A stretch of DNA of 32,000 nucleotides from Candidatus Electronema halotolerans (GTDB lineage: Bacteria > Desulfobacterota > Desulfobulbia > Desulfobulbales > Desulfobulbaceae). A model generated the notes under the pieces. It did not search any database. It was not told the DNA's origin and was given only the letters and a program-made list of their open reading frames with translations. Made by a program: the position numbers and the translations under genes. The stretch's first letter is position 1; each line of letters starts with the position of its first letter. The DNA lies in contig OW818675.1 of assembly GCA_942493095.1 (NCBI GenBank), forward strand, positions 1,500,001 to 1,532,000, written 5' to 3'. Shown here piece after piece: positions 20,901-26,642 of the stretch.

Positions 20901-21713
20901 CACGTTGCCCGGATAGGCCACGCCGGGAATGCCGCTTGAACTCCATGTGTCCCAGCCCAAAGCCTCCTGAATGACCTGCTTGTATTCATCAGGTACCTTG
21001 TTGTCGCCGTTGGGCCATATTTTGTTGGCCGAAGCGGAAATCTCGCTGCGCATGGTCAGCCTGCGGCTGTCATCAGCAGTCAGGGAGGTGGCTCCATTGT
21101 CATCCTTGGCAGTGGCCCAGACATCATAGGTCAGCGAAAGGTCATCTTCAGGCCCGTTGCCGCCGGTGACGCTGTCACTGGTGCAGGGCGGAGCTTGCGG
21201 TGTTCCGTCTGAATTATTCTTGCACTGCGGATAGGAAACCACCCAATACTCAGTCCGGCATTCGCCTGCTTTCAGGGTGCCGATCCATGCCCGGCTCGCA
21301 TCCGTCACGCTGGAGTAAGAGCCGGATTCGTGAGTGAAAGAATATTTTCCGGTGTCCTTGAGATACTCCAACGGCTGCCCTGTGGCAAACGCAGGGTCGC
21401 TTGAACTGTCGCGAACCGGATAAATTCCTGGTGTTTTGTTGGCAAAATCACCAATATATGCTTGAACATCAGTCAGGTCGTTGATGCCGGTGTTGCAGAA
21501 CTTTGCTCCCAGCGTCGCCGCTGTGGGCGCATACGTGGCAGGCGTGGTGACGTTGGAATCCACCACCAAGTTGTAGGCAGAAATGATCTCAATCTTGAGA
21601 TCACCAGCCGGGTTGGCTGACTGAGCCGACAGCGGCATCAAACTGACCGCCAAAATTGCCAGCAGAACCGCCAAGCCGCGCTTGCCGCTCAATCGTTGTT
21701 TCATATTCCTCAT
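8919..21713 (-). CDS. Giant secreted protein: about 19 SdrD_B-like repeats, GEVEDY-like module, C-terminal gingipain-type (C25) cysteine protease domain
   Basis: Signal peptide MRNMKQRLSGKRGLAVLLAILAVSLMPLSAQSA with a GGAGG ribosome-binding site; the ORF track starts at 21743. Repeated IGDxVWxDxNxDGxQDxGExGIxGVTVxLY modules; DYGDAPASYSTL...GEVEDIQFP; C25-like region YLLISPLHLMDEARRLAEYRETQGL...VLVGDG...FAIGRIPV...LHYIGHSS...LMVSMSCSSASFG. Confidence 0.92.
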   Translation of the reverse strand: MRNMKQRLSGKRGLAVLLAILAVSLMPLSAQSANPAGDLKIEIISAYNLVVDSNVTTPATYAPTAATLGAKFCNTGINDLTDVQAYIGDFANKTPGIYPVRDSSSDPAFATGQPLEYLKDTGKYSFTHESGSYSSVTDASRAWIGTLKAGECRTEYWVVSYPQCKNNSDGTPQAPPCTSDSVTGGNGPEDDLSLTYDVWATAKDDNGATSLTADDSRRLTMRSEISASANKIWPNGDNKVPDEYKQVIQEALGWDTWSSSGIPGVAYPGNVVRTQGIWYDFGNANQGFDNNGDLVPDQNAWAQPIGDPSLYDPGCFRMVRTYGLLIVKLKDGGEKLIPFADQLYFENIPDNTGVVGLVFYEFVALNGTCSGTLSPYQEVASGRDNEKFSADYGAPIPPMMTRNPLAYIGKTASPSSVASTGGTVIYTLEVTNPNDYKDLSDNPYTLSIGNPELGVPLVIREQVPDGSLYELDSAKFIANADGVTKSGVILYSTDGVTWTDVQPTTASDVKYIEWRLDEPLTSDDTAHENTMRVEFKATMPNTGYTEPVISNTGCAALGSGPCFAEDDADVTIQGTYSISGQVFTDDGTGGGGKANGLRDGGEVREPGAITVSLYYDANDDGKLDSGDILWKTTDATAASGYSFTNLPAQQFIVVVDKSDVNLTSGAAPTTDTEKVAKITTANITGIDFGFLPPLGVTKTLTSSSPIYEGRTATYQIQVKNQLPPEGTPNEAGGCVYNAWASVESTIPLKAFVDSSNLFGATGPDGVYGTGVWEGGSNQEIYGGGFNSLGQPSGNIIKVEAIAQGYLSAAVADDYSLFTIYFNNAAAATTYQITNATLNSHIGKANETLFYVDVTGARTWNWSDFAGDLELKLEAAKTAAADGNFLYVDGFGYRITTDQPCVTSAATTLNPVPLEDDYDETKLQFVSAEPPPTSTAGGKLTWSNVGPLEPGQSTAISVTYKVIGDTDSSVVNTATSANAKFADGSAANTPVSDTKTVPMEATGSISGVVWTEGSGGSNGWVDTNGYEAFDNKIPGVSVELYLCAKADGSPAVSPADSPGNNIECVDKGGTWTLAAAQVTAIDGSYKFEGLPDGYYYVKALKDTLSTTASQTGDPNVTSGTCGSNCDNIWAVNGFNETTTDLRDLLSYISSGNEDRTNVNFGYTLTSPVIFGNIWNDGDGDGSRDSGENGIPGNGSSYVKVNLYDCGTDTVCSAAELATPAASVYTDASGNYRFQTGLTAGRTYQVSVDASTLPSGGTWTETAESDGSVTNAIQINNIGAGVITGSHDFGFHQAGGSSIGDTIFYDFDGDGIQDATDEGIPSITVNLYEDSNGDGVVDPLTDALVATVDTDTNGKYLFSNLPAGNYIVKVDESDLTGTVSQTGDPDETGTCVTCNALGKVSVDGTSSYLNVDFGYQPKGTGSIGNFVWKDIDGDGVQDGGQETGIPGVTVTLEWDPNGDGNYVTLQTTVTSDGTVDLDGDNILDPPGSYLFNNLPEGNYRVVVSDTDPDLPTDAFGNPYTETTNTSYDVALAVGEKALDKDFGFAAYGAIGDTIYWDANGNGDYDLSEEGISGVTVTLYKDVNGNGIYDAGDTEYATDTTDADGRYLFSNLPPDNYVVVVSSPPGNPALTADPDADGAVCPAAGTGTVCDGQKAVNVLYGTSFMGADFGYQPSGVIGDQLWIDTDGDGQFDPGEPPLAGVTVTLKNSGGATIDTAVTDSNGQYSFANLSNATYTVAVPGSPSSGLQLIYDKDGGGDNQTTVTITAASNIITDIDFGYQYANLNNSLSGTICQEPSTGGDGVCGASGQDSGVTTGETAFSGVPVYIYKWIDADNDGVVDSGETALLQSTTTNSNGDYSFDKLPELGANEGYVISTSTPGDYLQLTTTDGVVPADSLVVTSIGAYQADKTDIKNGAETTNTGYDFAYKSTVNYDYGDAPASYSTLAEDNGPRHIVPANSDDINLYIGDKPDTENNGQPSANAELDSNDGITAVGTWTEGAVVDGDGGSVTVNVTGSGWLVAWFDFDGDGTFSGAGEMIISQAVTTGNSTVKFDIPDGTFDVSQGYARFRLFPEKPAVPELAYKGTATNGEVEDIQFPLPAAKSAIGDRVWLDENGDGKQDAGEDGIAGVTVYIDDDDTLGYSAGDTQAVTDSNGNYLLKDVPAGTYSVKVDTSTLPAGLAANPTYDEDGGADNTASVTVSGGEEYMTADFGYNWVAPTVTTSPGAGDTGAIGNRIWSDANGDGVQNPGEPGLSGVTVKLLTDDNGDGVYGGAGDNTPTTTTTDSAGNYIFTNVSAGSYVVEVTPPAETTQTGDPDQPGVTAISGDNKTTSPIILAPGDVYLQGDFGYKPASSGSVTGTVYRDVNADACALAGGNTVCGDPGDNVLNGGDTGIPGVTVVLKDASGKIIATTVTDKDGKYNFSGVPTGSGYKVVVTDTQNVLGEVVQSGDPDSTLNNETAVNVSGAVTNVNFGYTPKGQTAGKGMIGSTIFLDRDNSGDYNPGEGLEGVAVSLYQDGALVAVTQTDENGQYQFGNLPAGNYEVRVKTTSLPNSGDGLTNTVDPNGDGDSKSVVTLTADGSGAVQPNLTQNFGYTGANTVSGTIWNDVNADGTLNETGKGIAGSTVVLRDKTTGNIIASTTTISTPADLDGDGAAEPVGSYIFKNLPDGTYTVEVTDEAGQLTGWWHSVGSNPGDDNNSQISGGYSVTVGGSQPNNNTADFGYYKDSTTFGGTLWSDVNNNGTLDSGETKLAHYPVVLTITYPNSSGTVTMTTMTDADGNYRFDNVMLDEDYSSADGTNGPTFNITVPGIDGMVSTHTPATDGANDGADPATEAGDNKADDPAGEIVTGLVKGETDTTRDFGFVGGATIGDRVWLDVNRDGIQSLNEPGLSGVTVNIYRDDGVSGFSSTGDTLVATVVTDGNGNYSFAGLPPGNYWVDVVTPTNLTAAEADKSGVDDTLDSDKTASAGGGMITVTAGQVIDNLDFGYVGEKPLIGDTVWFDANNNGVQDPGEAGLDGVTVTITPSGGGTPITVTTDAAGHYLAPVDAGDYTVAVTLPTDMEVSNGGPTSKDVTVPDGIDVLSADFGLKLTSGTGYTIGDLIWEDSNGDKTQNAGEAGIAGVTVDLYRNDIPVATTTTGTNGAYLFNVAQGGANYEVRVTDRSGILDGRTATSGSNTFAINLTGDVDNADFGYQPPKSLSIGDRVWLDLNDDGIQDDGEPGMSGVEVELYLDSDGDGNIDSGSSPIRTETTDSDGLYNFSGLSAGKYVVKLPNSNGELNSFTATTTPSPTAVTLGATSVSNIDFGFKTKTGSGLISGLVWSDDDKGKDIDADESPIAGVTVTLYLDQNGDGKLDSSDQFLQTATTSSASDSNYFFTNLPDGKYLVEISGSALDGLSLTTPDIPVLSAEVSSGSSIAGKNFGLAPLVPTYALISSFKAYINDDNQTVLEWKTDSEVGTIGFLLERLNEQTGAFETVSELLPGMLLPPQGGSYRFVDPSAKPNQQHVYRVQEVTVNGDGMVNGPYTVTPKQPLPINRQMFADGPAGFTLAQADFSAKQISRFAAHKQAARSLAAEKKRKTGDTVKVPVSKDGLVYLTADELAAASGLRKAEVTRHLKNGKLSLTLAGEPVSVLSSAVGSALWFYGYAPERNDIGQNIYLLDLGKTKGAEIKNSHKRAEKKADNLQSFTAQVRTEENHMPFHLYINKPVHDFWAWEYLMASKKGNASVAHPVSAPDLTGEGTARVTVNLVNISSSSSSQTAPYKVSLSLNGTELGTAESSETGDWQISEEVSADLLKDSGNELKIVSALNSGVNYSLIYLDSIDLEYQRLAQAVNGELTFSSSEDSSMTVAGFSSRTVLALDITDPNEPVRIYPTVEEEGEGAYTVTVPVQAEHRYFLTENITATVSGELTADTPSSLHDARNRADYLLISPLHLMDEARRLAEYRETQGLETMVVDIDDVQDEFSDSLAAPEAVRDFLAYVHENWAKVPHYVVLVGDGSYDYKNYLGAGWPLVPTVLTATPEGYFPSDNALADVVGDDKVPEFAIGRIPVIDNEEFSAYTDKLIAYEQTAGQGGALSIVVDKSDPAAGNFQASADKVAALVPNGLTVEQIAVDTLGESGTNSKVVNAFQQGGGILHYIGHSSLIKYGRTGKLLTADEIAAMNDLSQPMLMVSMSCSSASFGYPPMNSIGESAVLKENGAAVGFFGATGLSYNYLADIMADGFYSSLSDPAVGRIGDAVLRAKQQYAEQGAMPYTLDIYNLLGDPAALVPVPAEH
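8922..9985 (-). other. Gingipain-like peptidase C25 domain within the giant protein (approximate bounds)
   Basis: Candidate catalytic His in HYIGHSS (codon 9326..9328) and Cys in SMSCSSASFG (codon 9219..9221), in the order and spacing of caspase-fold C25 peptidases. Confidence 0.85.
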
Positions 21714-21831
21714 GATCATGCCTCCATATCGTGACAGAAACATCCGGCGGACATTTTTGTGCCGCTGCTATTCAGTACAATTTTTTTAACGCGCATTTGG
21801 TCAAAAAGTAAATAAATTATATAAGTTCTCA

Positions 21832-23010
21832 CTACTTACCATCCATCACTTTTTCGCAATGTAAAAAACAAGGGAGGCAGGGGACGGAGCATCTGAGCGT
21901 ATCTTCTGAGCAGCCTGAGTCCTCTTTTGAAATAAGAACAGACACTTCTCCAAGTTTTTCTGACGACTGGCGGCAGCTCATGCTGTTCCGCATCCTTGTC
22001 GGCAACGTCGTCAAATCCGAAATTTTCAGTTTTTTTTCTCTTGGAAGCGGGTTCCGCATCCTGTCGCGGAGTCCGGCGAGTACGCACCAGTGCATGGCGA
22101 CCGAGAGGATCAGCATCAGTCTGGCGATTCTGTCGGCGCGCTCCAGTTTTGTGTCCTCCAGACCGAACCCCCTGGTTTTGAAATCGCTGAACATGGCCTC
22201 GCATCCCCAGCGCATGCCGTAATCAAGTGTTTTATAATAATTTGGCTCAGTTCCTCCGACTGCCAGCAGCCAAGGCTCATCATGTCCCGGCTCCTGGAGA
22301 ATGCTTAAATTTGTCTGAACCCGCTGTTCTGTCAGATAAATATTTTTCATAAGCAGTTCCTTGCGACCTTTCTTTTCAGCAGGAACAAGGTCCGCAAGAG
22401 ATGTCTCATCGCCGTCCTCATTGAAAACTTTAAGATTTTCCTTGAGGCGGAGCCGATAATCCCAGCCGCTGCGGTGGCAGAATGCAATCAGCGGCGCTTG
22501 ACCGTAAAAACGGTCGCCGAGCAGCAGCACTCTGCTGCCCTCTGGAAGGAATGATTTTATTTTTTCAAGAAGTTCCATGCAGATATCCGAGCCGATATTG
22601 CCCTGTCCTTTTCGGACCCGCCATAGCAGAGGCAGGGCCCGACCGCCGAAGCGCAATGACAGCGAAAGAATGCCGAAACGGTCGGATAGCTGCGTCTGGT
22701 CAATGCACAGAATCAGCGTTTCTCCCGAAGCGGAGGCCGTCTCCAATGCCTGACGGATGAAAGGCCGCATCACATCATCATTGTCGATTGAGTCTGTGCT
22801 CAGGAAACGGCTTAACCACTGATATCGCATGTCAATCCGTTCTGTTTCCAGCGGAAGGACAGCCGCCATGTCCATAGTATTGCAACTCTGAACTTCCAAA
22901 ACCGCCGCCGCGCACAAGCTTAACTTGCGCAGAGGATTCCTGTTAATTCCGGGCAAAACGTCCCGCAGGCCGGACGAGATTTCCTCTGCCAGATGACTGA
23001 TCGTGCTCAT
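21832..23010 (-). CDS. IS4-family-like DDE transposase
   Basis: LILCIDQTQLSDRFGILSLSLRFGGRALPL, VLLLGDRFYG, and YGMRWGCEAMFSDFKTRGFGLEDTKLE (Y-R-E-K type motif). The stop codon lies 3 bp beyond the inverted repeat. Confidence 0.88.
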   Translation of the reverse strand: MSTISHLAEEISSGLRDVLPGINRNPLRKLSLCAAAVLEVQSCNTMDMAAVLPLETERIDMRYQWLSRFLSTDSIDNDDVMRPFIRQALETASASGETLILCIDQTQLSDRFGILSLSLRFGGRALPLLWRVRKGQGNIGSDICMELLEKIKSFLPEGSRVLLLGDRFYGQAPLIAFCHRSGWDYRLRLKENLKVFNEDGDETSLADLVPAEKKGRKELLMKNIYLTEQRVQTNLSILQEPGHDEPWLLAVGGTEPNYYKTLDYGMRWGCEAMFSDFKTRGFGLEDTKLERADRIARLMLILSVAMHWCVLAGLRDRMRNPLPREKKLKISDLTTLPTRMRNSMSCRQSSEKLGEVSVLISKEDSGCSEDTLRCSVPCLPCFLHCEKVMDGK

Positions 23011-23098
23011 ATTTCACAGAGTTTGAATAAACGAATTGTTTTTTCAATCTTTTTACTCCGGCGTTCAAGCTCTGTCAAGAAAAGTGATGGATGGTAAG
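21835..23098 (-). mobile_element. IS4-family-like insertion sequence, 1264 bp
   Basis: Perfect 19 bp terminal inverted repeats (CTTACCATCCATCACTTTT at 21835..21853, complement at 23080..23098). 10 bp direct duplication GTTCTCACTA at 21825..21834 and 23099..23108. Encodes a DDE transposase. Confidence 0.93.
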
Positions 23099-23107
23099 GT
23101 TCTCACT

Positions 23108-23138
<31 letters not shown>

Positions 23139-23262
23139 CAAGAAGAAAACGCTCCGCCCCCCCCAATAACATTTTATAATAATTAACAAAAAACTAACAA
23201 ACAAAAGCAAGCCCCTCTGTTGACAACCGCATCATTTTCTGCTATGGAGAGCATTATAAAAC

Positions 23263-24474
23263 ATGACACAGCACAACAGCATTCATCCTCCATCATCCTG
23301 CGCCAAATGCGGGGCCTGCGCGCCGGTCTGTCCGGTCTTCCGGGCCGAGGGCCGCGATTCGCTCACAGCCAGAGGTCGGATGCACCTGCTCACAGTCTGC
23401 GCCGACCAGCCCACGGCCCTGCTGACAGACCTGTTTTCGCGCTGCCTGCTCTGCGGGGCCTGCGAGCAGGTCTGCGCCCGCCAGCTTCCGATCACGCAGC
23501 TTGTGGTCCAAGCACGCAGCCGCTTCCCCCTCCTGCTCGGCCCGGGCCAATTCAAAAAAGCGGCAGCCTGTGTTGCCCTCAGCCACCCGGCCCTGCTGGA
23601 AGGCTTGGTCAGAACCGGCATCAGCCTGCGCCGCATTCTCAGCCTGCCTGCGGAGTCTGGCCTGCGCCTGAAATTAGCCCTGCTGGAGGAGCGGCCTGTC
23701 TTTGCCCCGCCGCCGCTCGCAGGTGAAGCCGCAGCGGAGCAGGCTGACTGCGGATATTTCACCGGCTGCTTTGCCCGCCATCTCCAGCCCTCAATTGCAG
23801 CGGCGACACTCAGCCTACTCAAAGACTGCGGCCTGCGGGCGCATGTTCCGGCAGAGCAGGGCTGCTGCGGCTTGGCGGCGTGGAGTTCCGGCAATATCGA
23901 GCAGGCCCGCGCCTTGGCCAAGCGCAACATCCAAGCCTTTGCCGAAACAGCAGGGCCGGTCATCACCTCCTGCGCCTCCTGCTCGGCTCACCTGCTGACC
24001 TATCCTGATTTGTTTGGGGAAAATGATCCGTGGCAAGAACAGGCGCAGGGCTTTGCCGCCCGCGTCTGCGAATTCACCAGTTTTTTCAATGAGCACCTGT
24101 CAGGAGATGACAGAGCTGAGGTTCTGCGGATTTTTTATCACGACCCCTGCCATCTTCGCTTTCAGCCCGGCGGCATGAGCGCGCCGCGCAAGCTGCTGGT
24201 CAAGATGGGTTGTGCTGTCTTGGAGCCGGAAGACGGACCCCATTGCTGCGGGCAGGGCGGCCTGTTTCATATTGCCTGCCCAGACACTGCGGCAAAAATT
24301 TTCACTCAGAGCAGCAGGCAGGCTCTGCACGACCATCCTGACTGTATCACCTCAACCTGCTCCGGCTGCTTGATGCAGTATCAGCAGGGTCTTGCCGGAC
24401 AGGGTGAAACTGTAAAAATTACACATTTGGCAGTTCTGCTGGCAGAGCTGCGCAGGAACAGCCGCCACGCCTAA
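23263..24474 (+). CDS. (Fe-S)-binding protein, glycolate oxidase iron-sulfur subunit GlcF-like / CCG-domain protein
   Basis: Two 4Fe-4S motifs (CAKCGACAPVCP, CLLCGACEQVCA) and two CCG-type modules (YFTGCFARHL...EQGCCGL...SCASCSAHL; HDPCHLRF...GPHCCGQGGLFHI...TCSGCLMQ). Confidence 0.9.
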   Translation: MTQHNSIHPPSSCAKCGACAPVCPVFRAEGRDSLTARGRMHLLTVCADQPTALLTDLFSRCLLCGACEQVCARQLPITQLVVQARSRFPLLLGPGQFKKAAACVALSHPALLEGLVRTGISLRRILSLPAESGLRLKLALLEERPVFAPPPLAGEAAAEQADCGYFTGCFARHLQPSIAAATLSLLKDCGLRAHVPAEQGCCGLAAWSSGNIEQARALAKRNIQAFAETAGPVITSCASCSAHLLTYPDLFGENDPWQEQAQGFAARVCEFTSFFNEHLSGDDRAEVLRIFYHDPCHLRFQPGGMSAPRKLLVKMGCAVLEPEDGPHCCGQGGLFHIACPDTAAKIFTQSSRQALHDHPDCITSTCSGCLMQYQQGLAGQGETVKITHLAVLLAELRRNSRHA

Positions 24475-24602
24475 AAATACACAACTGTGTAAAAAGGTAC
24501 CAGCAAACTTTGTACCACAAAAAGGAATGCAGTGCATATAAAAAATATTTTTTACTGATAACAGAGTGATGAAAAAACGCTGCTTGAGAATTCATCGCAA
24601 GT

Positions 24603-24621
24603 GAGAATGATTATCATTACA
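24603..24621. promoter_or_regulatory. Fur-box-like operator
   Basis: GAGAATGATTATCATTACA matches GATAATGATTATCATTATC (reverse complement of the canonical 19 bp Fur box) at 16 of 19 positions. Confidence 0.5.
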
Positions 24622-24659
24622 ACTCTCTGAGTATTTTCTATCCACTGAGTAGATACTTT

Positions 24660-25523
24660 TTACTCATTTGCAGGGCAACGTATCGTCTCTGCCAGCCGCT
24701 GCCCGGATGCGATCTCCGCCTTGTCCCAGACCACGCAGCGGCGCAGCTCCGCGCCTGCCCCAATCTTCGCGCCCGGCCCGATCACGCCCCAGTCCAATAA
24801 TCTCACCCCGCTGCCAATCTCCGCGCTTTCGCTGATCAGCCAAGCAGGTGATTTGTTTTCCAGCAGGCGGCGGTGCAGGTCAAGATAGTCTGCTGGTGTG
24901 CCAATGTCCTGCCAGAAGCAGCCGTCTGTGCGGATGAAGCCGATCTGCCCGGCCTGCGCCAGCCGCTCATAGAGGTCAATGATATGAAAAAATCCTTGAG
25001 CCGGAATCTGTTCCAGTACCTCTGGGTTGAGAACATGAATGCCGGTGAAGGCAAGGACCTGCTCTCCCGCTCCTGCCCGGCCAAAGCCGCAGACCCGGCT
25101 CTCCCGCACCCGCACCATGTTGAAGCGGGGACAGTCATGCAGGGCCATTGTCACGGGCAGGCCGCTTTTCTTATGCGCCGCCAGCAGGCTGCGCAGATCA
25201 ATATCGTGATACAAATCGCCGTTCATGACCAGCACAGGTTCATCCGCAAAGTTCGGCAATGCCTTGCGCAAGCCGCCGCCGGTGCCCAGCACCTCCTGCT
25301 CGTGCTGAAGAATCACTTCCGGCCTGTCAGCAACCGCAGCGGCAAGCTGATCAGCAAGATAATGGCAGTTGACCACCACCCGTTCGCAGCCAGCCTGGGT
25401 CAGTTTGTCTAAAAGAAGATGCAGCAGAGGCGTGTTGCAGATGGGGAAAAGCGGCTTGGGCCGGACAAGGCTGTATGGACGGAGCCGGGTGCCGAACCCG
25501 GCAGCCAAAAGCATGGCCTGCAT
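24660..25523 (-). CDS. Nucleotidyltransferase (NDP-sugar pyrophosphorylase / MurU-like)
   Basis: MQAMLLAAGFGTRLRPYSLVRPKPLFPICNTPLL (nucleotide-binding signature), VLVMNGDLYHDID, and a C-terminal left-handed beta-helix-like tail. Confidence 0.88.
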   Translation of the reverse strand: MQAMLLAAGFGTRLRPYSLVRPKPLFPICNTPLLHLLLDKLTQAGCERVVVNCHYLADQLAAAVADRPEVILQHEQEVLGTGGGLRKALPNFADEPVLVMNGDLYHDIDLRSLLAAHKKSGLPVTMALHDCPRFNMVRVRESRVCGFGRAGAGEQVLAFTGIHVLNPEVLEQIPAQGFFHIIDLYERLAQAGQIGFIRTDGCFWQDIGTPADYLDLHRRLLENKSPAWLISESAEIGSGVRLLDWGVIGPGAKIGAGAELRRCVVWDKAEIASGQRLAETIRCPANE

Positions 25524-25526
25524 GTT

Positions 25527-26642
25527 TCAGAGGGAATTGCTGTTGGAGGAGGGCGGCACGATCCCGTGCTCACCGTAATGTTTGACAATGTTGACGACCA
25601 TCTGCTTGAGGCCGTACTTGGCGGCAATGGCCTGCCGCTGCCGGGCAATCTGCGCTTCATCGCGGGCAAGATCTGCGGCCAGCTCCACGATGCCCTGTCG
25701 GGCGGCAGCAGTGTCGCCGTAAGCAACCGTTCTGTACTTGCGGACAAATTCCAGCGGCTCCAAGATGGAAGGAGTGCGGCAGGTGAGCAGAGGCAGGCCA
25801 TAGAGCAGGCCCTGTATGAAGGACTGGGAAATGCCTTCTGTTTCGTAGGAGGAAAAGAAAATCATATCCATTGCTGAAAAGTACCGCTCCGGGTCCTCGC
25901 GATGGCCGGTGAGGATGAAACGGTGCGTCACGCCCGCCTTGGCAAGTTCCTCTTCCAGCAGGGCGCGGCCATTGCCGCCGCCGACAATCATGAACTTGAA
26001 CTGCTCTGGCAGCAGGGCCGCTGTCTTGGCAATAAAGTCATGGCCCTTGTAATGGCGGAGAAAGGCTACGTTGCCGATTAGAATATCCGCATCACTGAGC
26101 TGATGCTGCTGCCGGATTTCCTCCCGGTCACGGGCCGAGAAGCAGAAGCGTTCTTCATCCACGCCCGTGGATTGGACAACAATTTTTTCCGGGCGCACCC
26201 CCTGCCCTGCCAGCTGTTCGGCAATGGCCTCGCTGCAAGCAAAGATCAGATGGGGAAAGGCGTTGTAGCTCAAGGAGGAAGAGACCGGGGCCAGCACATG
26301 GCGGGTGCGGGCGATCAAGGGCACTTGACAGAGGCGGGCTGCGGCACCTGCCATCCATGAATCCTCGGAAGAATGGGTGTTGAGCACTGCGGGCCGCAGC
26401 CGCCGGAGAAGCCGGAACAGTTGCAGCCAAGCTCCAAGATTGAATTTGGAGGAAAAATCAATGTAATACACCGGCATGCCCTCTTGCGCACAACGGCTGG
26501 CCAGCTCCGCGCCCTCCCGCACGATCAGGGCGGTGCGGAAGCCGAGCCGCCGCATTTCGCGCAGCTCGGTCAGGGTGCGGATTTCCTGACCGCCCCAAGA
26601 GCGGGACCAGTCTGTATGGGCGATGAGCGGCGGCATCTTCAT
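25527..26642 (-). CDS. Glycosyltransferase family 4
   Basis: GGQEIRTLTELREMRRLGFRTALIV, RLICSEAIAEQLAGQG-type region, VGNVAFLRHYKGHDFIAKTAALLPEQFKFMIVGGG, and FFSSYETEGISQSFIQGLLYGLPLL. Confidence 0.88.
   Translation of the reverse strand: MKMPPLIAHTDWSRSWGGQEIRTLTELREMRRLGFRTALIVREGAELASRCAQEGMPVYYIDFSSKFNLGAWLQLFRLLRRLRPAVLNTHSSEDSWMAGAAARLCQVPLIARTRHVLAPVSSSLSYNAFPHLIFACSEAIAEQLAGQGVRPEKIVVQSTGVDEERFCFSARDREEIRQQHQLSDADILIGNVAFLRHYKGHDFIAKTAALLPEQFKFMIVGGGNGRALLEEELAKAGVTHRFILTGHREDPERYFSAMDMIFFSSYETEGISQSFIQGLLYGLPLLTCRTPSILEPLEFVRKYRTVAYGDTAAARQGIVELAADLARDEAQIARQRQAIAAKYGLKQMVVNIVKHYGEHGIVPPSSNSNSL

Noticed and set aside
8919-21713. DNA repeats considered as a possible CRISPR or non-coding satellite array
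   Set aside because: The periodicity is protein-domain repetition with divergent nucleotides in one open frame. There are no short identical repeats separated by unique spacers.
23220-23966. Overlapping ORFs 23220..23726 (+) and 23283..23966 (-)
   Set aside because: Alternative frames of the Fe-S protein gene, which has intact cysteine motifs in its own frame.
24515-24550. Possible bidirectional terminator around ggtaccagcaaactttgtacc
   Set aside because: Only a 5 bp stem with weak flanking A/T tracts. Insufficient to call.
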